From the human T2T-CHM13v2.0 reference genome, Homo sapiens, in NCBI RefSeq assembly GCF_009914755.1, contig NC_060935.1: a stretch of DNA of 64,000 nt, one strand, 5' to 3'. Below the pieces are notes generated by a model, which was not told the DNA's origin, did not search any database, and saw only the letters and a program-made list of their open reading frames with translations. Positions 1-12,920 of this stretch are shown here, piece by piece. A program made the translations under genes and the position numbers. How positions within the stretch are numbered: the stretch's first letter is position 1; the number at the start of each line of letters is the position of its first letter.

Positions 1-1672
1 TGCCTTGTCTTTGAGATAAATACAGATAAATAAATATATGGATTCAGATATAGATACGGATATACAGATAGAGCCATACAATGTATTAGAGAATATCAAA
101 TTTCAGCTCTTTTTTTTCCTTTTAAGCAGTCTTTAGTAACTTATCTTTGATATAATGGATAAAAGCAGAAATGACATATTTGTCAATATCTTGTAAAAGA
201 ATTATGAGGAAAACACACAGCTTCTTTTTTTACAAAGAAGTGAAGTATGGGCAGTAATCTCCTGTCCCTCTGAACCCAGGCAATTAATGTTTCATGGACT
301 TTTACCTGACTGATTCTAAGCAAAGCAATTCCTATAACTCTAGAATTACTTTGCAAAATCACTCCCTGTGACCTCAGCGCTATTCTCAGTCACCCACAGA
401 TTCTGCCTCCAATATCTCTCCTTTTGACTCTTCACATCACAAAGCCTTGAAATTGTTTTAATGTTCAGCTGTCACTGTGACTTTTGAAACCAACTTATCT
501 CCTTTGTATAAATGAAGGTCAAATGTATCTGAAATAGACAAGACGATGATAGTGTGTAGCTTCAAACTATATGTATTGTGTGATGAGAAGTAAAGCTTTG
601 ATTTTTAAGTGGGCAAGGAATGGAGAGTTTTCACACTATGAATGAAGCAACACCTATTTAGACTTTATTTCTATTAAAAAAAACTAAGATATCTTCTGTA
701 GCCCACACATTAGTGTGTGTGTAATAGTCAAGCAAGTTACCAAGCTGCTGTCACAGAAGTGGCATGCCAGAGTGGGCTCAAGAAGTAATCAGGGAGTGAT
801 GGTATGTGTTTAGTAATAATAAGAAAAACTGTGTTAGTCCCTAGGTTTCTTTTCACTGGCCAAAAGCCAAGACAGTCTGTTATGATATAATCCTCTTTCT
901 TTACCTTCTTCTCTCTACTCACCTTTTGCCCTTACAGTCCCAGACCTTCCAAAGCAGCTGTAGCAAGAAGGCTCAATGAATTACAGGATGGTTGTACCCT
1001 TTGAGGTCCAATATCACATAGGATGGGAAAAGAAGCAAGTAGGGCTAGTTAATAAAGAAGTCATACTTTTAAAATTCAAACTTCGAATAATTACACAAAG
1101 AACCATCTGCAACCAGATTAACTACCCTATTAGAAAGAAAATGATCAAGTCCAGTGAGAATTGTCACTAACCAACAGTAAGATGCAAAACGGGGACAAAG
1201 AAAAGGACTCCTAGAATCAGCCTGATAAAAGAAAAGGATTTAAATTGGAAGTAGGACAAGGAGTTTCTCCTCAGCTACAGCTGTCAGAGGACTTCATCAG
1301 AACACAGCAGTTCAATGCAAAATCACATTTGTGGTCACGGAGTAATTATACAGGTGTTTCTATTTGTTCTTAAGCTAACTTTAAACAGTAAATTCTATAA
1401 TACAGTAACGTTAAGAAGAGTTTGGGCAAGCATGAGAATCCTCCCCTGGGGTGAGGTCAACCTTAACCCTAGTATCTTCTCCACAAGGATATAGCTACTT
1501 CTGAGTTTCACTGAGTCACATCCTCCTGCTAAATTGTAAATACAAATTCCCCACACCCACTAAAACCCTTACAACTATTATCTCTACCTCTAATTGCCAA
1601 TCCTTTTCCTAAGAAACCAGAGAATAAGATGGAAGTAAACAAAAACAAGGAATTCTGATTAGACTTGGATCA

Positions 1673-2026
<354 letters not shown>

Positions 2027-2873
2027 AAGAAAGGTGACCAAATAAACCCAATTTATATTGACAAGCAAACTCCTGCTGTCCAGAGTGGATAGACAAGGTC
2101 ACCAGTAACTCTGTAAGCCAGTGCCTTAATACAAATCTGTTCTACTTGGAGTGTGTCACTCTAGAATCTAGCTCAATATCTAGAATTCAAAAGATTCTCC
2201 ATTAGTATTTGTTGTATAAATTAAAAAATAGCTAATTTTATCTTTCTGACCTCAATTCTCTGAAAAATGTTGAGCAGCTAGGGGTTTTGTAACATTTTAT
2301 TTAGTAATTAGCCATATTTTTTTAAAGCCTTTCTACTGAATCCCAATAGATTAAAAAAGTGGAGGCTGCAAGGAATAAAAAGACTGAGAACTCACTCCCT
2401 AAGCCATGTCTTGCTCTTAGGGCACATCCAAAGAACACTAGGATTCCAGGGACAATGATCTTATAGGTCCCCCTTCTTGGTTCTCACATTCCATGTTTCT
2501 GTGACATCCACTACAAGACAGAATGCTAACCTGGTGCCTAGAAAAAAATCCCCTTACCTTATGCAGGAAAAATATACTTTGACTCGGAGCATGGGAATAT
2601 AAAGGTATTCTTCAACCTGATACTCTGCTCACTCACTCCCACCTGACTTCTTTGGCCTATAAGACAAATACCTGTCCAGTATCAGCCTTATGATAAATTC
2701 AGCAAAGCTGCAATATCATCAGTTGGATTCCTGTGGGTGTGTAATTGCTCAAAGGTGATTTAGGGTCCAAGATATTGATAATGGTTGCAATCGAACTTTC
2801 ATTTCAGATGAAGATTCCAACATGCAGCCAAAGCTAAGCTCAAAGAGTAAAATTACCTTATTAAGAAAACGTC

Positions 2874-3169
2874 CACTATGGGAGGCCAAGGTGGGCAGAT
2901 CACGAGGTCAGGAGATCAAGACCATCCTGGCTAATACGGTGACAACCCATCTCTACTAAAAATACAAAAAAAAAAAAAAAAAAAAAAATTAGCCAGGCCT
3001 AGTGGCAGGTGCTTGTAGTTCCAGCTACTCAGGAGGCTGAGGCAGGAGAATGACATGAACCCAGGAGGCAGAGCTTATAGTAAGCAGAGATCGTGCCACT
3101 GCACTCCAGCCTGCACGACAGAGCAAGACTCCATCCTCCACGCCTGCCCCCCGCCCCCCAAAAAAAGAA
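2874..3169 (+). mobile_element. Alu, 5'-truncated (AluY/AluSc-like)
   Basis: gatcacgaggtcaggagatcaagaccatcctggctaa diagnostic region; A23 linker; TSD aagaaaacgtc / aagaaaaggtc. Confidence 0.93.
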
Positions 3170-3394
3170 AAGAAAAGGTCAAAGCAGAGAACTTGGAGCT
3201 AAGATATGCATGTAGTATGGCTGAGGGTAGAGGCTGGGGGGAGAGAGAAACGTGAAATGTATGAGTAGAGGAAAAGAATAAGCCCTTCTTCATTTGGAGA
3301 CTGGGATCTGATTTCTAGAAAAGATGTAGATGCATGAGATTCTAAGACTCAGCAAAATCCCTATTGTTTGTATCTGAATAATATTATTAATAAT

Positions 3395-3600
3395 AGTTAA
3401 CAATTATTGACCCCTTGCTAAGTGCTAAGCACAGTCTTGAGAGCCTAATTCTATTATCACAGCAACCATATGAGCTCAGCACATTTTGTTACCTCCATTT
3501 TCTGAAGAAAAAGTAAGCTCAGGCTAGTTAAGAAATAAGCTCGAGGTCATGCAGCTAATTAGTAGCAAAATCAGTATTCAAACTCAGGCCTGTCTAACGT
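3395..3600 (-). mobile_element. MIR SINE remnant
   Basis: Degenerate MIR core (ccattttctgaagaaaaagtaagctcagg...aggtcatgcagctaattagtagc...attcaaactcagg). Confidence 0.65.
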
Positions 3601-4451
3601 CCGTGCTCACTCACACAACTCCTCCACCCTGGTTCTCTCTGGAATCCAATTTGGGTAACAAAGATGACCTGCAGAATGTTAGTGTCTCTGTTCCTGACAC
3701 CAATCCCCCTGAAATCAGGTAACTCTGCCTCTTTTTGCCTCCGATCTTCTGTCAGAAACAGGTACAACAGCTTCTCAAAAGCCTGGAAAGTCAATTCATG
3801 TTCTATGTTCTCTCATTAATTTTCTACTTTCTTAGTTTTGTCAAGCAGAGAACCACCCAGGATTTTCTATTAATAAGGATTTAAAATGTTGTAAATGCTA
3901 TACCACTTAGATGCTCATTCAGAAAATAAAAAATATCAATGCAGCATAAATGTAGCACAGAACAGGATAGGAAAAAATGAAACTTGGGTTGAACTCTTAG
4001 CTCTGACATGTATGCTGGACATCTTGGGAAAATTACCTTAATACTTTAAAACTCAGTCTTTTTATCTCAATAGAGGGACAGTATTGCTAGCCTGTGTACA
4101 TTAGGATAGTCAAATAAGATCAAGTGAGCCTGTGTCTAAGGTATAGTGAATACCAATGAATAAGACCATCATTCTTAAAGCTGGTAGTTCATTGACACTA
4201 GCATTCAGACCTAAAAATAGCTTACTTCAGTTCAACACTCAGATTTGTTATTCTCTGAAAGGGAACAACTTTATTAACCTCCCCATCCCTTGGTTTCTGA
4301 ACTATAAAATAGGCATAATAGCAGCAATACCACATAGGGTTGTCGGGATGATTAAATGCAGTAATACAATTACTATCACTAAATAATAATTATAATAACG
4401 TGTTGAGGGCATACTATTTTTAAGACATTAGGCTTACTTTTAGGTATAATT

Positions 4452-4458
<7 letters not shown>

Positions 4459-4485
<27 letters not shown>
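4459..4485. repeat. (AT)13 microsatellite
   Basis: Direct reading. Confidence 0.95.
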
Positions 4486-6571
4486 CTATAAATATATGGT
4501 AAATACTTTTAATTATTTTTAGCATTATCATTGTTTACTCTTATGGATTTCTGTCTTAGAAATCAATCATTTCAAAACCCAAACTTAAGAGAAATTTACT
4601 GTAGGGGTACAGAGGCATCTTATAGAAGGGAAGGAAGTATATCTAAGACACACAAAAAAAACACTATCTGAAAAGCTGTCAGATACCAAAGTTTCTTTCT
4701 CTTTTCTCTCCTCCACCCCTCTATAGCCTTCTGGTTTCTCCTCCTTGGTGTGTGTCTACTTCGTTTATCTCTGTCTTTGCAGACTCATTATTCTTAGCCA
4801 CATCACTGGCACAGATCAACACAAAACGTTATCTCAGTCCAAGGGTCTCTATAGGCATACTGGTTCAACTCCCACAGCTACTTACTCAGTTGCTGTGTGC
4901 TCTAATTCCACATTCAAAGAGAGGAAGATTGTCTTATTGGCTCATCTTTGAGCAGGCATGCACATCTGGTTCAATCAACTCTGACAAGAAGGATGATATC
5001 ACATGGGACCCTGGGCTACATTCCAGGGCAGCAAAAGGTCAGTGTCTCTTACCAGAGGGCAACAAGGGTGACAGGGCTCAGACCATTAAAGAAAGGTTAC
5101 GGGAGGCACTTAATCCAATCTGAGGCCACTCAGCACTAACTTCTATGCTCTGGATGGAGCCTCCAAGGCATGCTTTCCAAAAAACCTCCTTAGGCAGGAC
5201 TGAAACCTAAAAGGGCATAATCCCAAGGCTTCTTGAAATGACCATGAGGATTCTAACAATAAACACAACAGAAGAAAGATGAAAATAAAATACAATCTGA
5301 TGTCATCTGAGCTCTGAACCAAACCAAGACTGACAGCAAAGCTACCCTAAACTTTTCAATGTTGTAAACCAATAAATACTGAAAGTGGTTTAAATTGTAT
5401 ATTCTCTAAACCCAGGAAGAGCCCAGATTAATAGAGCTGAATTCAGTCAGATGAACAGTGACTTTTCAATTGTGCAAAATTTATGAAAAGAAAACATGAT
5501 CCAATGATGATTTTTCTTTAGCCAGTTTTGACATACAGACTGTGTCTCTGCCACTCACCTGCTGGAGGAAACTCTGGAGTAAATGCGTACGATAAATGAA
5601 GACAGATTCTATGTATGTGTTTGGTCTGAGGCATACAGATGTTAAGAAAATCCTAATGCTACAATGTACAGAGCTGAAAAGGACAGGTTAGCAAAAGTTT
5701 ATAAGGGTCTGATGTCTCAGAAGAGAATTATGCAAGTTAAGGCTACCATGAAGAGACTCATAGATTGAATCCAACAGTAAGCAAAGAATATATACTAGGT
5801 TTTCCAGGTAAAACAACCAACTGAACTCAAGCAATAATCTCTGCTCACTCCTGAAATCTCATTAAAACAACAATAAAAAGATATTTAAGAGACATAAACC
5901 TACAAGAACACATAAAATGAAAGAAGAGACAACAGTAATACAATTTCATAATGCAGAAGCTGAAAAGCCAATGGGTGATAGAAAACTGATTTAGCCCATA
6001 GTGGGGATTTAGCCCACAGTAGGAAAACAAGAAAGGTATTTTGTACCTCAGAATCCTCCACAAAGGCTCAGAAATTAGCAGCACTAGGATCCTTGGACAT
6101 GGGGATTAAAATGGAGTTAACAAAAGGAAGATTTGGTTGAAAATATGTTTAAACATCAATTATATCCAAAGATCTCCTCTCTTATCTCAACACAAAATTA
6201 AGGTTTATTCTCTGAAAATATTAAATTGTCTGGTGTCTGGGCTCAGAGTCCTTAGGTGTGGTAAAGTCAGGACTACCACAGTGAAATGGGAGTATGAAAG
6301 AGTAAAAGCATTCATACTGAATTTCGTGACCCCAGCTTTTTTTCTGCATCTGCCTCTTCTATAATTCTGGAAGCCAGCCATATCCCCACTAAACAGAAGA
6401 CTAGAATATCATTTGCTGAGGAATGTGTCCAGCCCAAAAGAAAAGAACTAGAAATATGGAAATAGGAAGTTACTCCAAAAAATATTTCAAATAGCCCTAT
6501 ATTGAAATCCAGATTTGACAAACCTTACTTATACATATAGAGCTGTCTAATCAATTTCTCAATGTCCTACT

Positions 6572-6734
6572 TAAAAAAATTGTTTCAGAGACAGGGTCTC
6601 TCTTTGTTGCTCAGGTGGAAGTGCAGTGATTCCATCATAGTTCACTATAACCTCAAACTTCTGGGCTCAAATGATCCTCCCACCTCAGCTTCCCAAAGTA
6701 CTGGGACTCCACCTGTGAGCCACCGTGCCCTGCT
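6572..6734 (-). mobile_element. Alu monomer (FRAM/AluJ-derived)
   Basis: Single ~150-bp Alu arm; perfect 10-bp TSD atgtcctact at 6562 and 6735. Confidence 0.9.
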
Positions 6735-7939
6735 ATGTCCTACTCTTCAATATGAGCAGACAGTGGATGATCACTGACTTAATGGAATGACCCTAAAATA
6801 ACCAATCGAAACAGACAGGAGGAAAAGAAAAAGCACTTTAAAGAAGACTAAGTAATGAGGGAAGTGGGGACCAGACAAACTACTAAACAAAACCCTAGCG
6901 TTTAAATCATGAGTCTATAAGAGCAGTTATCGCATTGATAAATCAAGAAATGGGTGGTATAAAATGCAAGAACATTTAAAAATGAAGTCTTTTGAAATAA
7001 AAATAATATAGCTGAATTGCAAACAACTCAATGGAATAATTGGAAAATAAAAAGGAAGCAAGAAGACAAGGAAATGGAAAATAGGAGAAAAATATGTTAA
7101 AAACTAGAGAACCCATTCAGTAAGTTCAATTGCAGAATAATAGATGTTCCAGAAAGAAGCAAAAAGAGAAAGATATGGATTATCAAATAAAATTTCCCAG
7201 AACTGGGGACACTAAATTTACAGAATAAATGGCCTATTATGTGACCAACATAGTAAATGAAAATATACCCATTCTAAGACATAGTATCATCAAGTTTCAG
7301 AATGCTGGGAATAAAGAAAACATCCTGACATCTTCCAGAGAAAGCTTTCCTATGAAGAGTCAATAATTAGAATAACATTGGACTTCCCAACAGAAACATT
7401 GGGAGCTAAAAGAAAGAATGAAGTAATTCTTCAAACTTAAGAAAAAATAATTTCCAACTTAGAACTACATATCTAGCCATATTATCAACTAAGTGTGGAT
7501 ATTATGAGGATATTTCTTGACATGCACATTGTCAAAAATGTGCTTTCTGTGCTCCATTCTTCAGGAAATTACTGGAGGCCACACTTCGCCAAACCGAGAA
7601 AGTAAACCAGCAAAAGGAATATGTGGAATTAATAAAAGAGGGCAGATCCCAGTGTGACAGCTGGGGAGCAGATTGGTCTGAAGGTTTGGGAAAAAATCTT
7701 TCCAGAAATAGGACTAAAACTAATTCTCCATGTATTTGAAGATATTCAGAGGAGATTCTCTCAATGGGAGAAGTGTATGGGATGAGTTAACTACATAGTC
7801 ATAGAAAATGACTGGATTCAACAAGGTAACCAAAAAAGACAATTACTAAGTTCAAGGAAAAAAAATGTTAAGTAGCAAAGGCAAATAAATCATGTATATC
7901 TCTCAACTGTAAATTTAATTTACATATTCATAGCATTGT

Positions 7940-8298
7940 TGTATTAATGTGTTCTCACACTGCTAATAAAGACATACCTGAGATGGCGTAATTTATTTTA
8001 AAAAAATAGAGGTTTAATTGACTCAAAGTTCCACATGGCTGGGGAGGCCTCACAATCATGATGGACGGTGAATGAGGAGCAAAGTCACATCTTACGTGGC
8101 AGCAGCCAAGACAGCTTGTGCAGGGGAATTCCCATTTATATAACCATCAGATCTCATGAGACTTATTCACTACCATGAGAACAGTATGGGGGAAACTGCT
8201 CCCGTGATTCAATTATCTCTACCTGGCCCCACCCTTGACATGTGGGGTTATTACAACTTAAGGTGAGATTTGAGTGGGGACACAGCCAAACCATATCA
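7940..8298 (-). mobile_element. THE1 (MaLR) solo LTR
   Basis: tgtatt...ctgctaataaagacatacc...ggggacacagccaaaccatatca; TSD attgt/actgt. Confidence 0.92.
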
Positions 8299-8714
8299 AC
8301 TGTAAATACTGAATAGTGATGGTTCAATATAAACACTGAAGAGCACAATTTTGATAGTACATATTGAGGAGGATGCAGAGATAAGAGATGTGCATGTACC
8401 TGTGATGTGGCAATGGTCAAAGAGAGTTAAACCCATAGACTATATCTAAAAGTAGAATATCAAGAAATTGCAATAAAACAAGTTATTTAAAGATATGAAA
8501 GTGCTAAAAGAATCAGCTAAAATAGTTGAAATTGGTTGCCTCTGGGGAATAGGAAATGAAATGAGGGCTTAAAGGATTATTGTTTTTAATAACAAGAATA
8601 GTAAAACTATTTGCCTCTTTAAGCCATGGGCATGTACAATTCTGACTTTTATAAAAATGCAAACAAACATAAAAGCCAAGGGAGACAAAAGAGATCAGAG
8701 TTGAACCACGAAGG

Positions 8715-8859
8715 TTTGTCTTTGTATTCCCAGTTTCTGTCTCATAATGTATACTCATCCGATTTTCATTCAACAATAATTTATTGAGCATTCTTTTTTC
8801 CCTCGATGGTAGAGCCAGTGTTTAAGAGCCCAGGCTCTGGAATGAGACTCTCTGATTAC
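8715..8859 (-). repeat. Left arm of inverted repeat (copy of 9291-9433)
   Basis: Reverse complement of 9303-9433 matches 8715-8845 at 128/131; extends 12 bp further after a 2-nt indel. Confidence 0.97.
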
Positions 8860-9099
8860 ATTTGCCTACCAATGTACCAAATCAAGAAAGCATGAACCTA
8901 GATGAGTGTCAAGTGACAAAGTCAACACAACTCTCAGGAGGATCTCTAGTCAAGACAACACTAGTACACATGGAGATAAATAGTTAAGAGTTTTATTCAA
9001 TAAATATTTACTTCACTCCCAATAAGTCTCCCCCTCTTCTTCCCTCCACCTCTTCCTCCTTATCATCACCATCATGGCCAAATAAAGAAAAAAAAAAAA

Positions 9100-9335
9100 G
9101 GATTAAGCAATTACTCTGTGCCCGATACTGTATCAAAAGCTTTACAGAAATAATGCCATTTAATCATCACAATAACCTCATAATAAGAGCTTTATTACCT
9201 TCATGTCACAGATGAGGATACTGAGGCATAGAGAAGTTAACCAGTACAATATCACACATCTAGTAGGTAACAAGCTAGCATCCATATCAAGTAATCAGAT
9301 AGTCATTCCAGAGCCTGGGCTCTTAAACACTGGCT
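9100..9335 (-). mobile_element. MIR SINE remnant
   Basis: acagatgaggatactgaggcatagagaagttaa core, ending ccagagcctgggctcttaaacact. Confidence 0.75.
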
Positions 9336-9433
9336 CTACCATCGAGGGAAAAAAGAATGCTCAATAAATTATTGTTGAATGAAAATAGGATGAGTATATA
9401 TTATGAGACAGACACTGGGAATACAAAGACAAA
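9291..9433 (+). repeat. Right arm of inverted repeat (MIR end plus L2-like sequence)
   Basis: Pairs with 8715-8859; flanking MIR and L2-like sequence continue on both sides. Confidence 0.97.
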
Positions 9434-10749
9434 AAATAAATACAGTCTCTGAAATCAGGAAGGGCGCAGTCTAACAGTTTAAAAGCAGAACTCTGAGGCC
9501 AAGTATGTTCAATGTGAAGTTACCTGACAGGTTTTTTTTTAAATCGCTATCACAGATCTCACTGTTAGCCATGCCACATCTGTTTGTAGTCATTGTATTC
9601 ACAGTTTGTGCCCTGTCAGAGAGGTCATCTATTCTTTCATTTTGTAAGCAGGAACACTGAGACCCACGTGGATTTTATAACTTCCTGAAGAGCAAACAAA
9701 GCCAAAACCAACATCAGAATTAAGTCCCTTGACTCCCACTCTGGTGCTCATTTTTACTAAGTCACTAAATACTGAATAGTGACGGTCAGAAAAGCTTAAA
9801 TAATAAGCTCTTACTAAGAACTAACTTGTTCTTACTAAGTCAGAGGAGCTTAAGTAACAAGTCCCAGTAATTCACATTTACCCACTACCCACAGAGCTGG
9901 TAGCATCATTATTAGCCACTAACCATGGAGACTTACTGTAAAAGAACAGGAGAAATGGATTTAAGCAGGTGACAATCCAAGGACATTTTTAAATAAACGA
10001 TGAAAACCTTTAAAGTAATGGAGGCCATATTTATTCTGCTGCTCAAGCTGATTGTAGGAATCTATAAATATATATTTAATTTCACCCATCTCTACCAAGA
10101 ACCATAATGCAAACTTTAATCAGCATTTTTCCTAACATTTGAAAGGCAATTATAAAATCATATTAACATTCATCTTACACAACTTCTTTAAAAGGCTCAA
10201 TTGTTTAGCATGACTGTTAAATCATTAAGCAAGCACACTATGTGATATAAACAGAGCTGGTCTGAATTCACTATTTGCTTATCTAAAACATTTTCCCAGA
10301 GTTGGATTAAAGAAATTACCTAATTAGCATACAAGAGCCAGACACAATTCTCTGATTGATCTGTCATCTTGCTAAGAATATGATCTCACTACACTGGTCA
10401 AGTCAGTCATCAAATACCTTGAATGAAACCAAATTATCTTTATCAAATATAATTTTTATTTAAACCCTTCAAACATTTTCAGCAGTATAATGACAGAAGT
10501 AACAACATATGTGGAAAGAGTCAAAGAAATGACCTTTCACTACAATAAATAGTAGTTAAATTATAGAAATCTATAAATAAAATGCTAGAAGGCATCTTCA
10601 CTGCAGCCTCTGCCGAAATTTAAGAAAGGATTTCATGTTGCTTTCTCTTTGCCCATTATTATAAATGATCGAGGTTTCTTTCAGGATCTCGTTGGCCTTC
10701 CAAAAAGGAAGCTATACCTAAAGACTAGATTCCTGATTCTTCCCAGGCA

Positions 10750-11197
10750 TCCAGGCTAAAATCACTGGAGTCATTTTTATATTTAATCTACCCCCTCTGT
10801 CCCTTTGACATTCATGATTGATTTCATTTGTCAAATCTCTTCCTTTCTGTGCTCCACTACCATTTCCTTAGTCCAGGTCTTCATCACTTCTCATTTAGTA
10901 TAACTTAACCATGTCGTAAATTGTCTTCCTCTAAGCTTGTCTTACCTGAAAATTCATGTGTGATATTAAAGCCACAAATAAGGTCCCAATGCTTCTCTGA
11001 AGTCCAAATTTTTAGGCTTGCATTCAGTGCCGTCTCTCATTTGCCCACTTCCACCAAGCTTTCTTCCCACTAAATCCTCTATTTAAATAGAGTGCAAATT
11101 ATATGGTGATATTTGGTGCTGTTTGTTTCCTACAAAATCTCCAATGCCCAACACAATATCTCAGTACTTAAATATTCAGTAAATATTTGTTGAATGT
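10750..11197 (+). mobile_element. L2 LINE 3' remnant
   Basis: Pyrimidine-rich L2-like sequence ending attcagtaaatatttgttgaatg. Confidence 0.6.
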
Positions 11198-11775
11198 GGC
11201 CTCCTCTCCCCTTAAAGAAGCTACTGCACAATTACACTCTGCTTTGAAAGCTCTGGACTCCAATTATACTGATCAGTATCAGCTATACTGATAAAAAAAA
11301 AAAGTAGTGAATTAAGACCAGCTCTGTTTGTGATATCACACAGTGAATTTGCTTAATGATTTAAGAGCCATGCTAAACAATCGAGCCTTCTAAAGAACCC
11401 GTGTAAGATGAATGTTAATATAGTCTTATAATTGCCTTTCAAATGTTAGGGAAAATGCTGATTAAAGTTTGCATTATGGTTCTTGGAAGAGATGGATGGA
11501 AATTAAATATATATTCATAAATATTTTAATATCATAAACCACATCCCAGCAATCAATTTCAGCAGCAGAATAAATATGGCCTCCATTACATTAAAGGTTT
11601 TCATCATTTATTTAAAAATGTTTTTGGAATGTCACCTGCTCAAATCCATTTCTCCTGTAATCTTTAAAAATTCTGCTCAAGCAATGCTTCCTCTGAGAAG
11701 TATTGCTGACACCCCTAGTCAATATTACTGTCTCATTTGTTTGCACATAACTTTGCTTATCTTTTTAATACTGTA

Positions 11776-12920
11776 CTTTTTATTATGGTAAAATATATAA
11801 AACATAAAATTTCTCATTTTAACCATTTTAAGTGTACAGTTCAGTGGCATTTAAGTGTACAGTTCAGTTCATATTGTACAATCATTACCACCATCCCTTT
11901 CCAGGACTTTTTCACCATATCAAACTGAAACTCTATACCCATTAAACAATAACTTCCCATTTATCCCTCTCCCAGCCCTTGCTGCCTACCATTCCTTCTG
12001 TCTCTATGAATTTGACCACAATAGGTACCTCATATAATTGAATCATACAATATTTGTCCTTTGTGTCTGGCTTATTTCACTTAGCATAATGTTGTTAAGG
12101 TTCATCCATGTTGTAGCACATTAGGTTTCCATATTTTTTCTCCAAGAGTTTTATAGCTTTAGCATTTATATTTAGGTATTTGATTCATTTTGAGTTTATT
12201 TTTGTATATAGCATAAGATAAGGGTACAAATTCATTCTTTTGCATGTGGATAACCAGTTTTTTAGTGCCATTTGTTGAAAAGACTGACCTTTCCCCCCAT
12301 TGAATGATCTTAGCATCCTGTTGAAAATCATTTGACCACATATGTGAGGGTTTATTTCTGGGTTCTTTATTCTATTCAGTTGGTCTATATGTCTCTCTTT
12401 GCACCAATTCCACACTACTTTTATTACTGTAGCTTTGTACTAAGTTTGGAAGTCAGGAAGAATGAATCCTCCAAATTTGTTATTTTTTTTCCCAAGATTG
12501 TTCTGACTATTCAGGAGTTTCTTGAGATTCCATATGAATTTTAGGATAGATTTTTCTATTTCTGTAAAAATATGTCATTGTAATTTTGATAGGGATGAAT
12601 CTACATATCTCTTTGGAGGTGAAGAATTGATATCTTAACAATATAAAGTTTTCTAATCTATAAACACAGAATGCCTTTCAATGCATTTGTGTCTTCTTTA
12701 AATTCTTTCAGCAGTGTTTATTTGTTTTTGGTGTATAAGCCCTTTCCCTCCTTGGCTAAATTTATTCCTAAATATTTTAAAAACTATTGTAATGAAATTT
12801 TATTAATTTCCTTTTCAGACTGTTCATTGTTAGTACATAGAAATGCAACTGATTTTTGTGTGTTGATTTTAAATCCTGAAACTTTGCTGAATTCATTAAG
12901 TTTTCTCTGGAATCTTTAGG
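11776..12920 (-). mobile_element. L1MB-like 3' fragment with internal deletion near 12120
   Basis: L1MB-type 3'UTR (aaccattttaagtgtacagttcagtggcatt) and ORF2 peptide WNWCKERHIDQLNRIKNPEINPH on the minus strand. Confidence 0.88.

Larger units (their letters stand above)
5790..8660 (+). mobile_element. Old L1M element (5'UTR/ORF1 remnants), interrupted by an Alu monomer and a THE1 LTR
   Basis: Degenerate ORF1-like sequence at ~7000-7600 (aaaatttcccagaactg...aagacatagtatcatcaagtttcagaatgctgggaataaagaaaacatcctg); boundaries approximate. Confidence 0.7.
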
